A program made the position numbers and the translations under genes. The notes below the pieces were generated by a model that was given only the letters and a program-made list of their open reading frames with translations, had not been told where the DNA came from and searched no databases. From Candidatus Micrarchaeota archaeon (lineage in GTDB: Archaea > Micrarchaeota > Micrarchaeia > CABMEP01), in assembly GCA_964358895.1 (NCBI GenBank), contig CAYHPR010000001.1:9218-73217 (forward strand): a DNA stretch of 64,000 bases. Reading direction: 5' to 3'. Positions 62,081 through 64,000 of this stretch are shown here, piece after piece (position 1 is the stretch's first letter; every line of letters begins with the position of its first letter).

Positions 62081-62977
62081 ATGGCAGAGATTAGACCAAC
62101 GCATCAGATATTGATATTTTTCATTTTCGCCCAACTTCTGGCATTGATGGTTGGAAAAATAATGATAGACAACGCTCAAGAGCCAGTGTTCAAAGCACTA
62201 AGTATTGCTCCTGAAGAAGCTGGAAGTGCATTCAATGTATTATATCTAATTGGTTCAGTTATCCTCGCAGCAATTTTTCTGATTATTATATTACTTTTGC
62301 CTATAAGAGATATACTAATAAGGCTCCTTGAATTCTTTTCCTCCACAGTATCTACCTTAATCGTATTTTTCGTAATCCTCTTCACTCTAAACATCCAAAG
62401 TGCCGAACTGATCGCACTCCTGCTAAGCCTTGCATTATACGCTGCAAAATCTGCATTTGCGCCATTTAGAAACATAGTAGCGGTTGTTGCTAGTGCAGGC
62501 GTTGGTGCACTTATCGGATTTTCGATAGATCCATTACCTACAATAGTTTTCGTTATGTTGATCGCCATATATGATGTAATAGCTGTTTGGTGGACAGGAC
62601 ACATGGTACAATTCGCTAAGAAGTTTGTATCAATGCAGACCACGTTTACTATAGGAGTGCAAGGCACGAAAGAAGTTGAAACAAAAAGAGCTGGAAAAAC
62701 AGTCATTAAACGTGAACCATTACACTTAGAGTTAGGCACAGGAGACTTAGCAATTCCTGCTGCATTGATAGTAAGCGTTTACAAGATTGGAAGCTTTCTT
62801 TTTCCTGCTGCAAGTTTTATCGGTTCAATACTTGGACTTTATTATATCTTAAATAGGGCACAGACAGAAAAACGAGTTTTTCCTGCGATGCCATCTATTG
62901 CTATCGCAGCTATAATCTCTTTGCTTATCGCTTTTTTCCTAACTTATCTCTGGAACGCTCTAAACTTATATCAATAA
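62081..62977 (+). CDS. presenilin/signal-peptide-peptidase-like intramembrane aspartyl protease (A22 family homolog)
   Basis: 298 aa, about 9 TM. YD motif (LIAIYDVIAVWW) and GxGD motif (LELGTGDLAIPAAL) in consecutive TMs. C-terminal PAM/PAL-like FPAMPS. Confidence 0.55.
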   Translation: MAEIRPTHQILIFFIFAQLLALMVGKIMIDNAQEPVFKALSIAPEEAGSAFNVLYLIGSVILAAIFLIIILLLPIRDILIRLLEFFSSTVSTLIVFFVILFTLNIQSAELIALLLSLALYAAKSAFAPFRNIVAVVASAGVGALIGFSIDPLPTIVFVMLIAIYDVIAVWWTGHMVQFAKKFVSMQTTFTIGVQGTKEVETKRAGKTVIKREPLHLELGTGDLAIPAALIVSVYKIGSFLFPAASFIGSILGLYYILNRAQTEKRVFPAMPSIAIAAIISLLIAFFLTYLWNALNLYQ

Positions 62978-63017
62978 AACCCAGATAGCTAGCATTTAAT
63001 AGGATTACCTCCGAAGT

Positions 63018-63443
63018 ATGATTAATAGTGATATCTTGGATTATGATGAAAATCTTAATAGGGCATATAAAAATCTGCCAGAAAAAACTGCAAAAACAGA
63101 AAGATTCGAACTTCCTGCAGCTGAAGTGATTACACAAGGTAACAAAACATTAATCAAAAATTTTGATGTAATAACTAACAAGCTCAGGAGAGAACCTAAG
63201 CACATGGCAAAATATTTATTTAAGGAACTTGCCGTACCTGGGACTATTGAAGGAGGAAGACTGATTCTTAACAGCAAATTGCCAGAAAGGATGATTGTTG
63301 AAAAAATAAAAAATTATATCGAAATTTTTCTAACTTGCAAGCAGTGTAAGCTTCCAGACACACGACTGACAGAAGTGGATAGAGGGATATACATGATGGT
63401 TTGTGAAGCATGTGGTGCACGTAGTGCTGTGCCTAAAGTATGA
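63018..63443 (+). CDS. translation initiation factor 2 beta subunit (aIF2beta)
   Basis: C-terminal C4 zinc ribbon CKQCKLPDT...CEACGA plus the eIF2beta core. Confidence 0.8.
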   Translation: MINSDILDYDENLNRAYKNLPEKTAKTERFELPAAEVITQGNKTLIKNFDVITNKLRREPKHMAKYLFKELAVPGTIEGGRLILNSKLPERMIVEKIKNYIEIFLTCKQCKLPDTRLTEVDRGIYMMVCEACGARSAVPKV

Positions 63444-63496
63444 ATTGTAATATGTAATAATCGATGGATAGAATTTGAGATGTGTTTGAGAGATAA

Positions 63497-63817
63497 TTGA
63501 GGAGATGTGATTTTTTGGTTGAAGAAGAACAGCAGCAAACAAGAGTAAGAACTCCTAGAACTGGGGAGATAATGGGAATTGTAATCAGTAGAGCAGGTGG
63601 AAGTAGATTCATGGTTGTTTGTGCGGATAAAAAAGAAAGAATGTGTAGAGTTCCTGGCAAGATTAAGCATCAGATATGGGTAAAGGATAATGACATAGTG
63701 ATAATTGTACCTTGGTCAATTGAAGGAGACAAACGTGGAGATATTATCTGGAGATACACTCGAGTACAAAACGATTGGCTAAGAAGGAACGGTTATTTGA
63801 AAGATCTGCCAGTCTAA
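63497..63817 (+). CDS. translation initiation factor 1A (aIF1A), non-ATG (TTG) start
   Basis: ...VRTPRTGEIMGIVISRAGGSRFMVVCADKKERMCRVPGKIKHQIWVKDNDIVII... OB-fold eIF1A signature. The in-frame start is TTG at 63497 or 63515. Confidence 0.8.
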   Translation: MRRCDFLVEEEQQQTRVRTPRTGEIMGIVISRAGGSRFMVVCADKKERMCRVPGKIKHQIWVKDNDIVIIVPWSIEGDKRGDIIWRYTRVQNDWLRRNGYLKDLPV

Positions 63818-63837
63818 TAAATGATAAGTAAGTCGTG

Positions 63838-64000
63838 AAAAAGTGCTAATTGAAGAAATAAGAAAACGAGTCAAGATTGAAAGAAAAATTGAAAGCCAAG
63901 TCCTCGATAGAGACGTATTCCTAACGCTAGGCTACCTAATGAATAAAAAATTGATTCAGACAGTTGATTTTCCAATCTCAAAAGGTAAAGAGGCATACGT
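63838..64000 (+). CDS. partial CDS running off the window end (possibly RIO-type kinase N-terminal wH; speculative)
   Basis: Open frame VKKVLIEEIRKRVKIERKIESQVLDRDVFLTLGYLMNKK... Rio kinase commonly follows aIF1A in archaea. Confidence 0.2.

Overview
This window is a 64-kb, AT-rich (about 36-38% GC) archaeal chromosomal segment. The evidence for archaeal origin is an archaeal histone, archaeal-type adenylate kinase, a large co-directional (minus-strand) core ribosomal-protein/SecY locus in several promoter-defined units, RNA polymerase subunits RpoN/RpoD, aIF1A/aIF2alpha/aIF2beta/SUI1, Nop10/Cbf5, an RNase P Rpp29 subunit, MCM, PriS/PriL/GINS and tRNAs with bulge-helix-bulge-type introns. The lineage cannot be assigned from sequence alone; a small-genome archaeon (DPANN-like or similar) is plausible, but leuBCD and a dapA-family gene are present. 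The core is the minus-strand r-protein/SecY locus running L3-L4-L23-L2-S19-L22-S3-L29-SUI1-Rpp29-S17-L14-L24-S4e-L5-S14-S8-L6-L32e-L19e-L18-S5-L30-L15-SecY-AdkA-DUF106-Cmk-L14e-Cbf5, followed by S13-S4-S11-RpoD-tRNA-Leu-L18e-L13-S9-RpoN-S2. Other housekeeping genes are an NrdR repressor next to a class II ribonucleotide reductase that carries a LAGLIDADG intein at its radical cysteine, RNase HII, EF-1beta, Lhr-like and Hef-like helicases, deoxyhypusine synthase plus agmatinase, thymidylate kinase, endonuclease III, LeuB/LeuC/LeuD, a DapA-family protein, a CDP-alcohol phosphatidyltransferase, the L44e-S27e-aIF2alpha-Nop10-PAC2 cluster, MetRS, a presenilin/SPP-like protease, aIF2beta and aIF1A. 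Four tRNAs were found by hand-folding: Pro(GGG) with two introns at 37/38 and 59/60, Leu(GAG), Ser(GGA) with a 50-nt intron, and Lys(UUU). No CRISPR array, transposase or integrase was seen. The most interesting points are the doubly-intronic tRNA-Pro sitting where rpoK is expected; a family of palindromic BRE/TATA promoter elements in front of r-protein and RNAP genes; a reiterated roughly 30-nt intercistronic leader element before at least eight r-protein cistrons; a tandem pair of unknown paralogous genes plus a third small gene between the L3 operon and dapA; a caspase-like His/Cys protein next to the histone gene; low-complexity extensions on several r-proteins; a cysteine-rich putative surface glycoprotein; and a QW-repeat terpenoid-cyclase/prenyltransferase-like protein. 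All protein calls rest on motif recognition from the translated ORFs; no database search was possible.
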